Source: Paraspadella gotoi (Eukaryota; Animalia; Chaetognatha). Taken from it: a stretch of 64,000 nucleotides of DNA. The position numbers and the translations under genes were made by a program. Positions 15,023-26,579 of the stretch are shown here, in pieces. The notes beneath the pieces are model-generated. The model searched no databases and was not told the DNA's origin. It saw only the letters and a list, made by a program, of their open reading frames with translations. How positions within the stretch are numbered: the first letter of the stretch is position 1; the number at the start of each line of letters is the position of its first letter. The stretch lies in assembly GCA_051294375.1 (NCBI GenBank), contig CM119267.1, forward strand, positions 9,977,458 through 10,041,457, read 5' to 3'.

Positions 15023-17683
15023 TCAGTTTATCCCTTCTAAGTGTTCAAAAGGACTCGTGCAGCTGTCAACGAGGTCAAATTCCTCCCCAAATTCGCCACA
15101 CGGCGAAGTTCCGCTTTCCATGGATCGCGGCATGGTGCGCTGATCACAGAGACGAGAACCATCGTCTCGGTCATCGCACGCGTTGGGTCTACGTGGCGGA
15201 GTAAGGTCGCGATCCGACTCGATCGAGGCTTCTGCGGTTTCTGGGGTTTCGACATCGGTCATTCTTTGCTGTCGCGAAAGAATCATGTTTTCTTCAGCCA
15301 GCATGGCAATGTCCAACTGATTGGCAGGCTTTTCAGATTCGCCACCCCGAGTCAGTCCCTCCGAGTTAAGCTCCTTGACTAGCGTCGACATGGCAGAAGT
15401 GACCGAATCGGCGGCGACCAAAAGGTCATTCCGCAACGTCGTTATCGGCAGCGAGAGTTCGCTGGGTCCGCTGGCGGCGGCTGCGGCGGGCTTGGCGTTC
15501 GACTCGCCGAAGGCTTGACGAACGTCACCCCCAAGGCCCGTCAGTGACGCCTCATTTTGCCCCTGCGGCGAGGTGGTGGCGGCGAGATTTTGCGCAGGGC
15601 CTTGGGCAGCATTCGGACCAGTTCGATATCGTCCTTGGCTGCCGCCACCACCGCTCTGGGAAGATTTGGGCGAGGCGGTTTGATTTTTAAGCAGCTTCAT
15701 CAAGCCTTCGAGCTGAACCACCAGTTCATGGCGACTTTCCTGCAGAGTTGTCATCCGCCCCTCGAGTTCGTCCTTTCTTTGCCGTAAAAGCCGCAGCTCG
15801 GCGATGAGCGCTGGGTTCTTTCCACTTCCTAATGCTCCGGCACTTCCGGTGCCGCTCACAGCGTCTAAAAGAGATACGTTCTTAGTAGCTTCTTGTTCGA
15901 TGCGTAACCTTTGAATTTCGCTCATAATTTGGCGATTCTTGGCCTCCAGCTGACAGATGAGCTCGCGCTGAGCTCGGGTCGTGTTGTCCGAGAGGTTGAA
16001 AATAGAACCGCCGGATATAGAGGAGGAAGCGTCATCGGACGCGGCGCCGGAGGGACTACGGTGTGAATCCCCGGAACCGTCACCGGAACCGGAAAGGTCG
16101 TGCTGGTGGGTTTTGACACTGGCGTCGGACAACATGGTCGTGTTGGCTAGGCGCGCAGCATAACGGGCGATGAGATGATGTTCTTCATCCACGCGACTAG
16201 CGAGCGGATCAATTCCTCGACGACCATAACCGCCACCTTCAAACCCGCCCGCACCTCCGCCAGACGACATTTGTTCCCTACGATTCACGCCGCCTCCCGC
16301 TCCACCCCCATGCAAAAATGCAGATGTCCGTCCCGCACCATGGCCGAACTTGCCTGCCAGCGGTGGACCGTCCCTCGAGTCTCGGTTGTGATTTGCGGTG
16401 TTTATGGAATTAACTCTTTCGTAAGGGTCTGACTGCACCGTGTGGATGCCCCCTACACCATTTCGGACACCGCCCATAGAAATGGGCGAGGTCGACACCG
16501 GTGGAACGATATGAGTCATGTCTAGCGTCTTCTCCGGCGTCGCTGGGAAGCGTGGGATGACTGGCTTGTTGACCGGGGCAGAACGAAACGACTTGCGTAA
16601 CGAGTGACTCAAAGCTTTTCCTGGATTTTTGTAGCTGCAGTATTCCTTCATTTCGTGATTATTGGTATGATTACCGGAAGTTCGACCGCGCCAGAAGCAA
16701 TCTTGGCATCTATTAACGAATTTTTAAAAAAATGACTATTGTTGTTCACTTGTAAAAAAAAATTTGGCAAAACTTACAAATGGTAATTGTAGCACCGTTG
16801 GCACTTGTAACGAAAACCGAGAAAGGATTCTTGAAGACAAGCCTCGCATTTAACGGGGTGAAAAACGTTTTCAACCTAAAAGATGCACAATGAAATGAAT
16901 AAAGCTTACTAAGGATTCCTTACTTAAGAAAATTCTAACCAGCGCCATTCGATGAAGAATGGGAAGCCATAGCAGGCACTGGGGTCCAGGGTCGGCGAGG
17001 AGCGTATCCAGAAAGTCGTTGACAGAAACGCGCGGGGAGGCTCCGTCCTTGGGCGCAAAGATGCCTTTAGCAAGCTGCGTCGAGTAGCCGAACGAAGGCC
17101 CTTCGTACATGGCCGTCGGTAGTGCTAGGCATTCTCTGAGGAAGTGATCAAACTTACTCATGACGAGGAGTCCTGTGTTGGCATCGGCCACTTGGGAAAA
17201 AACATAGCGCAGTTTGTCCATCAATTTTCCGGAGCACATAAGCGCCAGAGCGACTTTTACGCTGTAAACGCGAATCTTTCCCCGTTCCTGGCCGTCGTAC
17301 ACGCTCAGCAGCCAATTGAGCAGAAGGGCGATGGACGCCTCGGCGTCAATCTGCTGCGGCGCCGGGAGACGCTTATTGAGTTGACGGTAGATGGAGGATA
17401 TGGCGGTCTCCAGTCGCGAGACGTTCATTTCGGCCGAAAGGTCGACGCCATTGAGGCCGGTTTCCCGAAACGATTCGATCACGTTCCAGAGATCAACTAG
17501 ATGCAAGTTGGTCTTTCGTTGTATGAACTTTAATTTGCAAGCGGTACGGTAGGTGGCGAATCGGATCACGTCGAAATTTTGACTGCGCATCTCCGCGATT
17601 AGTTGTTTGTATTCTACGAGGGCGCGGGAGGAGGAAGGATCTAAGAGCTTGCCGTCATCCATAGCGGACTCGCTCACCAACAT
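15023..17683 (-). CDS. DTNB: Dystrobrevin (3 coding exons)
   Basis: [40 protein letters not shown] (EF-hand region), ZZ finger HPVKCEAC...[37 protein letters not shown] and two coiled coils. The paralog assignment (alpha/beta) is arbitrary for an invertebrate. Confidence 0.95.
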
Positions 17684-17792
17684 AATTTTTATTTCCTACG
17701 TAGTTTTTTTGTTTGTTTTTTTATTTAAGTAATGTGGCCGCATAGAACCCTATTGTAATATTGAAAAACAAAATTTCAAATAATAAGCATAG

Positions 17793-20703
17793 CTAGAGTA
17801 AAACATAATCATCATCGCTCGAATCAGGAGATAGTTTGGAATTGGTTCTCTTGCCAGATATTGGATCGACGACGAACTCATTTTCAAGGTCAAGACCCTC
17901 GAGGGCGACGGTCTCTACGTCCTCCATCCTCTCGGGTGAAAACACAAACATTGGGTAACTTCCTTTGGGTTGAGAGACCAACACCTCGTTCACGTATCCG
18001 ATAAATTTTTCGAACTCGGCCCGGTTTCGCAAGTAAAACCCAAAGGTGCAAGACGGATCCATCTTGCTGAAAAGCATCTTTCTCGGCGACACGCAGTGGA
18101 ACGTGTGGAGTGGGAAGTCCCTCTGACCGACGTCGACGACGTCCTGACAAAAGTGAGGATCTAGATGGATGAGACGGTCCTCTTGATAACCGACAAAGTA
18201 GAGCGAGTGTTTAGGTCGGCCCCCAATGATGCCGCACGACTGCTTCATCGCCAGCATGGACTTGAGACAATCCATGTAGGCGGCCTCGTTGAGGGATTCT
18301 CCGCCGAGACGAACGGGTATCAGCAAAAGAAGCGCGGTCTTCCACTCGTCGTCTTCGGCAACCCGCGACGCGTTTCGTGCCGCTTTAACTTTTTCCGAGA
18401 GGGCCCGAGCTTTGAGGTGGTAGGGCAGGATGGACTTGTCCTCGGAGGCGCTTTCGACGGAGGAAGAGAAAGACTGACGCGGTTTTTCCGTGCAAAGATC
18501 GTTAACGTCCGGGACGTAGATCGTGCAGTCTTTCGCCACGTAAATTCGGATTTGGTTGAGTAACGGGTTGAAGGTATAAGCGCCTTGCATGGCTTCTCGG
18601 GCGATGTAAGCTACGGAAGAGGGGCCGTACCAGTCGCCCGCTTTTTTGCCCAGGGTCTGTCCCACTTTGACGAGTCGATGCACAGAAAACGGGCTGAGAT
18701 CGGATGGATAATCCCCAAACCATTGGATGATTTGACGGTGAAATGTTTCTTGGGTACGGTCTGAACAAGTGAACAGTGAATTCGAAAAATTGAATTTGAA
18801 CGTTTTCCCCTTCAACTTCTGGTAATACCATACAGAAATGCAAGTTTTAATTACAAATTGATATAGAGTGCTCACCTTGGTAATGAAACAACCGCCAATC
18901 TCTTCCCAAAAAATGTACAACGAAACATTGGGCGAGCATCATTTGAGCGCTTCTTAACATGCATCCCCAACCGCAATCCGAAGTCAAATTAGATCCAGAG
19001 AGGACCGGAAATTCCTTGCGGTAAGTGAACCATATCCTTGAAGTAAAATCCTGATTGAGAAAAAAGTATTGGAATTTTCATCGTAATAAAAAAAAAAAAA
19101 CAAGTTTGAGCAAACAATGTCGGATCTGCCCACTCTCATTATCGGTAATTAATTAATAAATAATTTATTAATTAAAAATAATTAATTAATTAATTAGGCA
19201 ATTAATTAATTTGAGCCATAATGTTTGTTTTTAGGTCTTTGACAATGAAAATAATGCCGATAACGATTGACTTGATTTATTGATTGATTGATTGAATAAT
19301 TAATTAATAGAAAAATAAATTGATTAATTAAATAATTAATTAATAGATAAATAAATTTATTGATTGAATAATTAATTGATTGAAGAAGCATAATCAATTA
19401 GTGAAACAGGCTTTTTGTTTTTTCCATTTAAACTTATTTACATTCAAACGATTCTATCGAAACTTGATTTCCAGCTTAATTACACACTTTCCTACCCACA
19501 TACAAAATTTCAAGTCAATTGCCCCATCTACTCTCCATCCAATCACGAGTAATTGGTGTTTTTTGCTAAGGTGGGACGGACGGACAGACGGATTTTTTTT
19601 GATATAATTTATTACAATTCGATGTTCTGACATAATATAAATGAATGCCCAACACGATTGAGGGGGCGGATCGACGGACCGACAAAGTGAATTATAGAGC
19701 CGGGATCTGCTGATAAGCAGATCCGACTAAAAAAGGATATGGATTATGGATGACAAAAAAGTCTCACCGATTTGAACATGTCGAGAACTTTGGCCGCGGC
19801 GGCCTTTTCCTCCTCCTCTGTCGGAACTTTCCCCAGGCTCCCGGCGACCACGTCCATCGCAGGGTGGTACAATTCGCCCAGCAACCAAAGCGCCGCGTTT
19901 GTTTTGAAGTTTGTCTTGGACTTAATGGTCCAGCCGTACTTGACATTGTTTAAGGCCGAGGAAATTTTCGTTTTCATTTTGTCGAGTCGGTCGGGTACGG
20001 CGGATTCTGTCGTGGAAGTCGTCGACGACTCGATGGATTCGGTCTTTTTGCCAAAGAGATCGCCAAACAGGGAATTTTTCGTCGGCTCTTTGGGACGTCG
20101 AACCGGAAGGCTCGGAAGAGTAGGGACCCTTTTGCTTCTCGAACGGAGTCCTAGCTCGTCCTCGCCCCGCGACTCGACGAAACCGGAAAGTTCATTGGAA
20201 GGCGGCGGTTGGACGAAGGTAGCGGTGGTTGGAAAGAATCTGGGTATTTCCGAAGAAGTGACGGCCGTCACGGAGAAAGCGCCATTCTGACCGGCGGACG
20301 AGGATTTGCTAAGATTTTCCTTGGCGAGTGGAACACGAACAATTCCGGCAGAGATCGAGTCCGCGCTTTTCTCCGACTCTACGAAGATCTCCTCTTCGAT
20401 GCATGCAGGCTGACCAAACGATGGGACTGCCTCGAGCCCCTCCTCAATGTCGTTCTCTTCCCGTATTTCGAAGTCAGCCTCGAAATCGAATTCTTCCCCG
20501 CTACTGAGCGCCCACTCCGCCGATTGATTCCGGGATATCGCCCTCTTGTCTTTGGTCGACTCGCGGGATGACTCCGTCTCTGTCCGTTTGTCCGGAGGCC
20601 GAGAGCCGGGATGGGAGAAGGAAGAATTGGGACTCTGTCGCGGACTTTCGGATCCGGACACCGACCGGATCAGATCAAGGTTTTGGGTTTGTCCCCTTTG
20701 CAT
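17793..20703 (-). CDS. ATG4D: Cysteine protease ATG4 (ATG4C/D class), 3 coding exons
   Basis: Catalytic Cys motif [19 protein letters not shown] (about 18990-18930), [18 protein letters not shown] (Asp/His), [11 protein letters not shown], and a C-terminal [11 protein letters not shown]. Confidence 0.95.
19101..19730 (-). mobile_element. Helentron/DINE-1-like non-autonomous element in an ATG4 intron
   Basis: Subterminal IR GTCGGATCTG/CAGATCCGAC, terminal hairpin GGATCTGCTGATAAGCAGATCC, GGAC/AGAC microsatellite, (ATTA)n core and A/T-run flanks. A second copy is at 27145-27895. Confidence 0.7.
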
Positions 20704-20783
20704 GTTTTTAATCTCACATTATTAAATCTAAAAAGAGAATTTAAAGCTGGATATAACAAAACAACGAATGCCGTCTACCAATT

Positions 20784-22297
20784 TTACGACGTACTGCGCT
20801 CGTAGTGCTTGAGATAGTCTGCAAGAAATTTGCAAGCATTGGGGAGAACGATAAAAGTAGGCGTTCCTCCGTAAATTCGAAAATTCTTTTGCTGTAGAGC
20901 TTCCAACAAAGAAGACTGCTTGGATACGGAAATCAATTTGGTTTTTAGTTTATCCTCATAAAAAAGTAACAAATTGTCGGGAAGGTATTTCCCTTCAACG
21001 TCCCACGGTGGACGATTAACTTCACCAAACATCAAAATCAAGTGATTCTCGAAGATGTCGCTTTCATTAAAGGCTTCTATAAAGTCCGTTTCGCCATACT
21101 CCGGATATAAAAACATAACCGGCCATATCATTCGTCCATCCTCCCTGATGGCGACCTGAAATGAGTTAATTTTCGGTGATCCTATCCTACGATATTCGTA
21201 CTACTACAAAAAGCTTCGTTCCAACAAACCTGCGCTCCGGAGGGATGATGCGTCTCCAAGGCGGAAAGATCGAGCGAGTCCACGACGTCGAAGTCGACGC
21301 TAGCGTCAAGATCCGCCACGTCGCCAATGATCAAACCACGCGACTTAACCGCCTCCACCATCGCCAACTTCCGCGCTCTCTCTTTCTTCAGATCTAGGTC
21401 CTTCTTGCGTTTGTCCCGGTCTTGTATTTTTTTCCTCTTTTCAGCGTCTTTTCGCTTCGTCAAAGCAGACTCGTCCAACGGATTCAATATCAATGCTAGA
21501 GCGGAAAACGTTTAATATATTAAATAGACTAGAGTCTAGAGTAAAGTTAGTTAAAGCATAATATTTTCTCCAAGAAGTGCTACTGTTTTTATTTTCTCAC
21601 CTGCGTCGCACCATTTGATAGCTTCCCCGAACATTGACAATCGCAAGCAAGCCTCGATGCCTCGGTTTATCGCCTTGGAGTGGCGCGGTTGAAATTTCCG
21701 CGCAAAGACGCAATCCGACAAAGCTGACCGGAAGTTTTCAAGGTGAACGTGCGCCGCGGCACGGTTCGCATAAAGAATGGCCGTCAACTCGTTATTCTTT
21801 GCCCGCATCTGTGCGAAAAAATATTTACCAAAACAATGAATTTTTTAAAAAATGACTATGGATATCGCTATTTTCCCATATTCGTAGGTACCTTAATTCC
21901 CTCCGTGTAGGAAATAATGGCAAATCTATACTTTTTCAATTTGAACATCTGATTCCCTTCCTTCTTGTACTCTTCTGCCTTTTCATCGGGATCGTCTATA
22001 TCCCACTTCATGGCCATCATCGCTTCCATTTCCGGGGACAGTTCTTCACCCGGCTCGATCGGCTTCTTTCTGAAGAAAGGATGTTTGTCGAATTCTTCCT
22101 CCCAATTTTCTTCAGTCCATGTTCTCCATGAGTTAGCACCTGGCAAGCCACAAAGAACATAGAAGAAAACGTTGAAAGGTAAGGCGTGAACCTAATAATG
22201 CTAAGTTTTGCTCACCTTCCGGGCTGCCCTCGACTGCAGCCAAGCAATCGATGAAATCACCCAAATTATCATTCAACTTGTCGTCATCGTCTCCCAT
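20784..22297 (-). CDS. TTC4: Tetratricopeptide repeat protein 4 (Cns1/Dpit47 Hsp90 co-chaperone), 5 exons
   Basis: WTEENWEEEFDKHPFF, AEEYKKEGNQMFKLKKYRFAIISYTEGIK, LYANRAAAHVHLENFRSALSD, and the wheel domain WPVMFLYPEYGETDFIEAFNE. Confidence 0.93.
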
Positions 22298-22500
22298 TAC
22301 TAACCATGCTTGAAAGCGTAATCGCTGAAAGTAATTTATCCGCGGGGGATATCATTTTATTTTAAACAAAATACGAGAAAGAAAAACTCCGTGATGACAG
22401 AATTTCGAGGGTGAAGAGCGAAAAAATGATAGTAACCAAAAAAGGACATTGAAAACGCAAAGAATTTAACGAAATATCGAAACGCATTTAAGTTTTAAAG

Positions 22501-23321
22501 TTATCGTCGTTGAAAAAAATTAGCGAAAGATCTCGCCGTTCCGCCGGCCAATTTAAAAGACCAAACGCAAAAAGGAATGATAACGACATAAGCCGGAATA
22601 ATGGAGGCCAAATAGTTGGGTTCCTTGCGCCGATTCATGAGCGTCATTCCGGAGGTGAAGGCGTGAGCACAGAGGACGGAAAAAACGCCCAGGGCTCCCT
22701 TCACGCCCCCGCGGTCGCACGACGAGAAAAAGACGACGCTCCAAAACACGTTGAGGAGGACGAACGCGAGCGTGAGAACGGCGGAGGTGACGAAAAAGTC
22801 TGCCGGGTCTCCTTTGATGCCGACGGTTCCGGGCCCGATGGAGTCGGCCAAGACGTTGACTAAGTGAGAAAAACAAAACGCTTTGAAAAACAAAATTTGG
22901 TTGTTTTTTTTTTTCTGTTTTTCTACTATGACGCACCCAAGGAAAAAGCTCCACTGGCAATGCCAAATCCGAGGCCCGCAACGTAGCCTAGCACTTGTTT
23001 GTTGGAAGCGATACTGATCTTGTCTTGACTGTCGGCCACCTTTTGCAGTCCCTCCTCGGCTTTTCGAAGAATCACGTAGATTACGAAACGGAATAACTCT
23101 TGAAAGGCGACGGAAAAGAAGAGACCGAAGGCGAGAGTCTCCTTCAACGGGTAAACTGCTGCCCACATAGCCGAGGAAAAAAGCAGCGCCAGCAGCCAGA
23201 AGAATGCCGAAGCCATCATGATGATCACCTTCATGGGGTCTTCGGCGACGGTGAATATAAACATAGCCGCTGGCGGGCCGAATGCAATCATCGTGCATCC
23301 GAGAAACTCGCAAAAAGTCAT
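22501..23321 (-). CDS. APH1: Gamma-secretase subunit APH-1 (2 exons)
   Basis: MTFCEFLGCTMIAFGP...AFFWLLALL...VAFQELFRF...YVAGLGFGIASGAFSL|VNVLADSIGPGTVGI, with an intron at about 22937-22860. Confidence 0.96.
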
Positions 23322-23583
23322 TTTCTATTCAAGAGTCTAGAAGTAGAATAAAAAATATTTAACAAAGTATTTAAAAATTTCCAAAACTAAAAAAAAAATT
23401 AACAATAAAAATCGTCGTCAAGAGATTACGTACTAGTAATGTCAATAATAAAAATTAATATTCCGATTGTTGCCCAAATCTAAAATTTCTAATAATCCAA
23501 TTTCACCTAACTCCTTAAATTTTGTTCCCAAACACCTAGAAAATATGACTCATAATCGTAACAAGACCAAATATTCAAAAGGA

Positions 23584-24955
23584 TTATAATTTCGATGTTT
23601 CGTTTCCTTGATAAACGATTTTCTTTTTCAAAAGATTCTTAATATCTTCCGAAGCATAGCCTAACTGCTCTAAAATATCGACCGAGTGCTGACCCTTTCC
23701 AATTAAGGAAAAACTCTTCGGTATGCCAGGCGTTCGACTGAGCCGAGGAGCAGGTAAAGGTAATAGAGGGTCTCGATTAAAGCTTTCCCTCTCCAAGTTG
23801 TGGGGATGTTCGAGCACTTTGTCCCAGTCTACCACGGGCGAAACACAGGCGTCTGTTTTGTCAAATATTTGCTGCCATTCGTCCAAATTTTTTTCCTTAA
23901 AAGTCTTAGCAAAGACTTTCTTCGCCTGGTCGCCGATTAAGTCGTCCGGTAAGTCTTCGAAGGCCAAGCCCAGCCCTCTCACTAAGGCGGCAAAGAACTG
24001 GGGCTCCAACGGCCCGACCGCCACGTAGAGTCCGTCCTTCGTTTCGTAGGTGTCGTACATGACGGCGCCGCCGTCGAGAAGGTTTTCGCCACGAGCGCCA
24101 TTTTCCTTCCAAACAACGTCGATCCCTCTCGATGCCCATAGAAAAGTAGAGAGATATGCGGCACCTTCGACCATGCTCGAATCGATGACCTGGCCTTGGC
24201 CCGAAGCCTTGCGTTCATGCAAAGCTAAAAGAATTCCTGAAACAATTTGCCAAATTAGGCGTTCAATCGTAGAAAATGTCAAGCAGGTATTTCACCAGTC
24301 TTACCAATAATGCAAGTTAAGCTCCCACCCGCAAAATCGGCTAGAAGATTAATGGGTGGTGTAGGTTTTTCATTTTTCCGTCCGAGAGTTGACAAGACAC
24401 CCGATACGGCGAGGTAGTTGATATCATGGCCTGCTCTTTCAGACAGTGGACCATTTTGACCGTAGCCTAGTGTATAGAAACGATTTCATATACATGCAAT
24501 TCATTTTTCATCCTCTTCGCCTTCGCAATAAAAAATACCTGTTAACCTGGAATAAATCAAGGCGGGATTTTTCCTCATCAGCTCTACAGGTCCGAGTCCA
24601 AGCTTCTCCATCACGCCCTTGCGAAAGGGTTCGATCAAAACGTCCGATTTTTCGCATAGCTACGAGTGGTGCTAGATTAATGTAATCAATTAAAGTGATT
24701 CTAATCCACGGTACATTAGTCTCGTCTCCGTTTCATATACATACTCTCTACCTTTTTCACGATGTCGACTCCCTCGCTCCTTTTCAAGTCGACGGCCAAT
24801 GCGCGTTTCCCTCGTGTGAAGAGGTTGTGCTGAATATCGCCGCTGATTCGGTCGACTACGACGACGTCGGCGCCGAAGTCGGATAGGATCATTCCGCACA
24901 TGGGTCCTGGTGCGAGACCAGCCAGCTCTATTACTTTGAGACCACGAAGGGCCAT
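23584..24955 (-). CDS. AMACR: Alpha-methylacyl-CoA racemase (CaiB/BaiF family), 4 exons, with PTS1
   Basis: [70 protein letters not shown], and a C-terminal SKL peroxisomal signal. Confidence 0.95.
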
Positions 24956-26579
24956 GATTTTGAATAAATTCAAAATCGCTAGAAGAAGATACAGTACAAG
25001 ATGAAATACCGTACACGCGTTCGACAGGTGAAAACGGGGTTTATCACATTAAAAGCACAATACCATATAAACACCTAATTTTTACGAGTATTTAGGAAAA
25101 AAATATAGGTTTTATATATCACATCATGAGAGGATTTTATTATGAGTGACAAAATGAGATTTACAGTACACTTATGAGTGATCAGAATGTGTCGCGTACT
25201 TTTTAAATGATATGAGTTTTGTTCATAGAGTACAAAAAAGTTTTGCTTAAAATAAGATAAGAAAAATCGTACTTGACACAGTAAGGCTTGGAAAACTGAA
25301 AATTAACCAAAGAGATCAACAAGATGCAAGGCTATCCTTCGCCAGTGCTTATTTGATTGATTTTAACTCTAAAATGTTAAGAAAAAATCCAAAGAACGTC
25401 ATATATTCTATATTTCATGATTGGTCCCGAACGAACATGTTTGAAAAGTCAACAGGTAAATTTTTTTCCCCATTTAATGCCTTAGGTAAGAAAGACGTTC
25501 TTTTAAAAATTCCCAGTTAATTGTTTTCTAAATCACATGTTTTTTCCACTTATATACAATAACTGCGTTTTTAAATTTTTGAGTAATGAGTAATTGCCTT
25601 GTCTTAATAATTTTTTTCACAAAAAATAAAACTTAAGGGATCTTCTTCATTAAGTTCAAGTTCTGGGCAAGATGTGAGTAATTATATCGAACATCAATAA
25701 TTACTAATGGATATAAACACTACAAAATATGAACAAATAATAAAATCTTTAGCACAATTACTCTTAATCAGTACTAAATTAGTATTCTAGGAATCTTTGT
25801 AAATTAGCCCAAAAATAATTAATTCGAGAAAAAAATATAAGATATCCCATCACCGATTCACCATGGCAAAATATTTTTTTGATTTTGGCACAATTAAAAG
25901 CTATTAAAATCAACTGTGTTCACGAAAATTAAGGACAGGTAGAGAGGGTAGAAAGGAGTAAAATCGTTTATTAAAAATTAAATATTAGGGATAAAGCAAT
26001 TACTATAATACTTCATGATTTAACAAAGGTTATGAGCGTTTAAGTTCTTAGCGTTTCAATTTCATCAAAATTGCTCTGTCTGTCCTTGGAAATTACGTAC
26101 TACTTTATAACGGGCGCTTTTGTCCTCGACTACAATTTTAAGCGGACCGACGAAACATGTAAGACGTGCAACAAAGTCGTCTCGTACGGAGACACCGTAT
26201 TTCAAAATAAATAATATACTATCATTTTAATCTAGCAACTGGGCGGCAAAAACAATCTTATGTACCAATTTCATAAATTATTGTATTTCTTTCCTTATCT
26301 TAGTAAGCACAAATAAAATGACCATACCATCGCCTTAAATTTTAATTCTGCAATTCGTTAAAAGTTAAAACGAATTACAGAATTGCTAAAGAATCAGCTG
26401 AAAAAGCAACTTTTCAGTGCACGTCTTATAAGTAGTGTCCAACTGTCCATTAGTATCGCTCCGCTAGCGTAGAAAAAACAAATTGTAAACTCATTATGTC
26501 GGTACTTGATCGACCAACCGATAACTTTTCTTTTATTCCTAATTATCAAAATTATAAAACCGGTCGACTTGTTCCCGAT

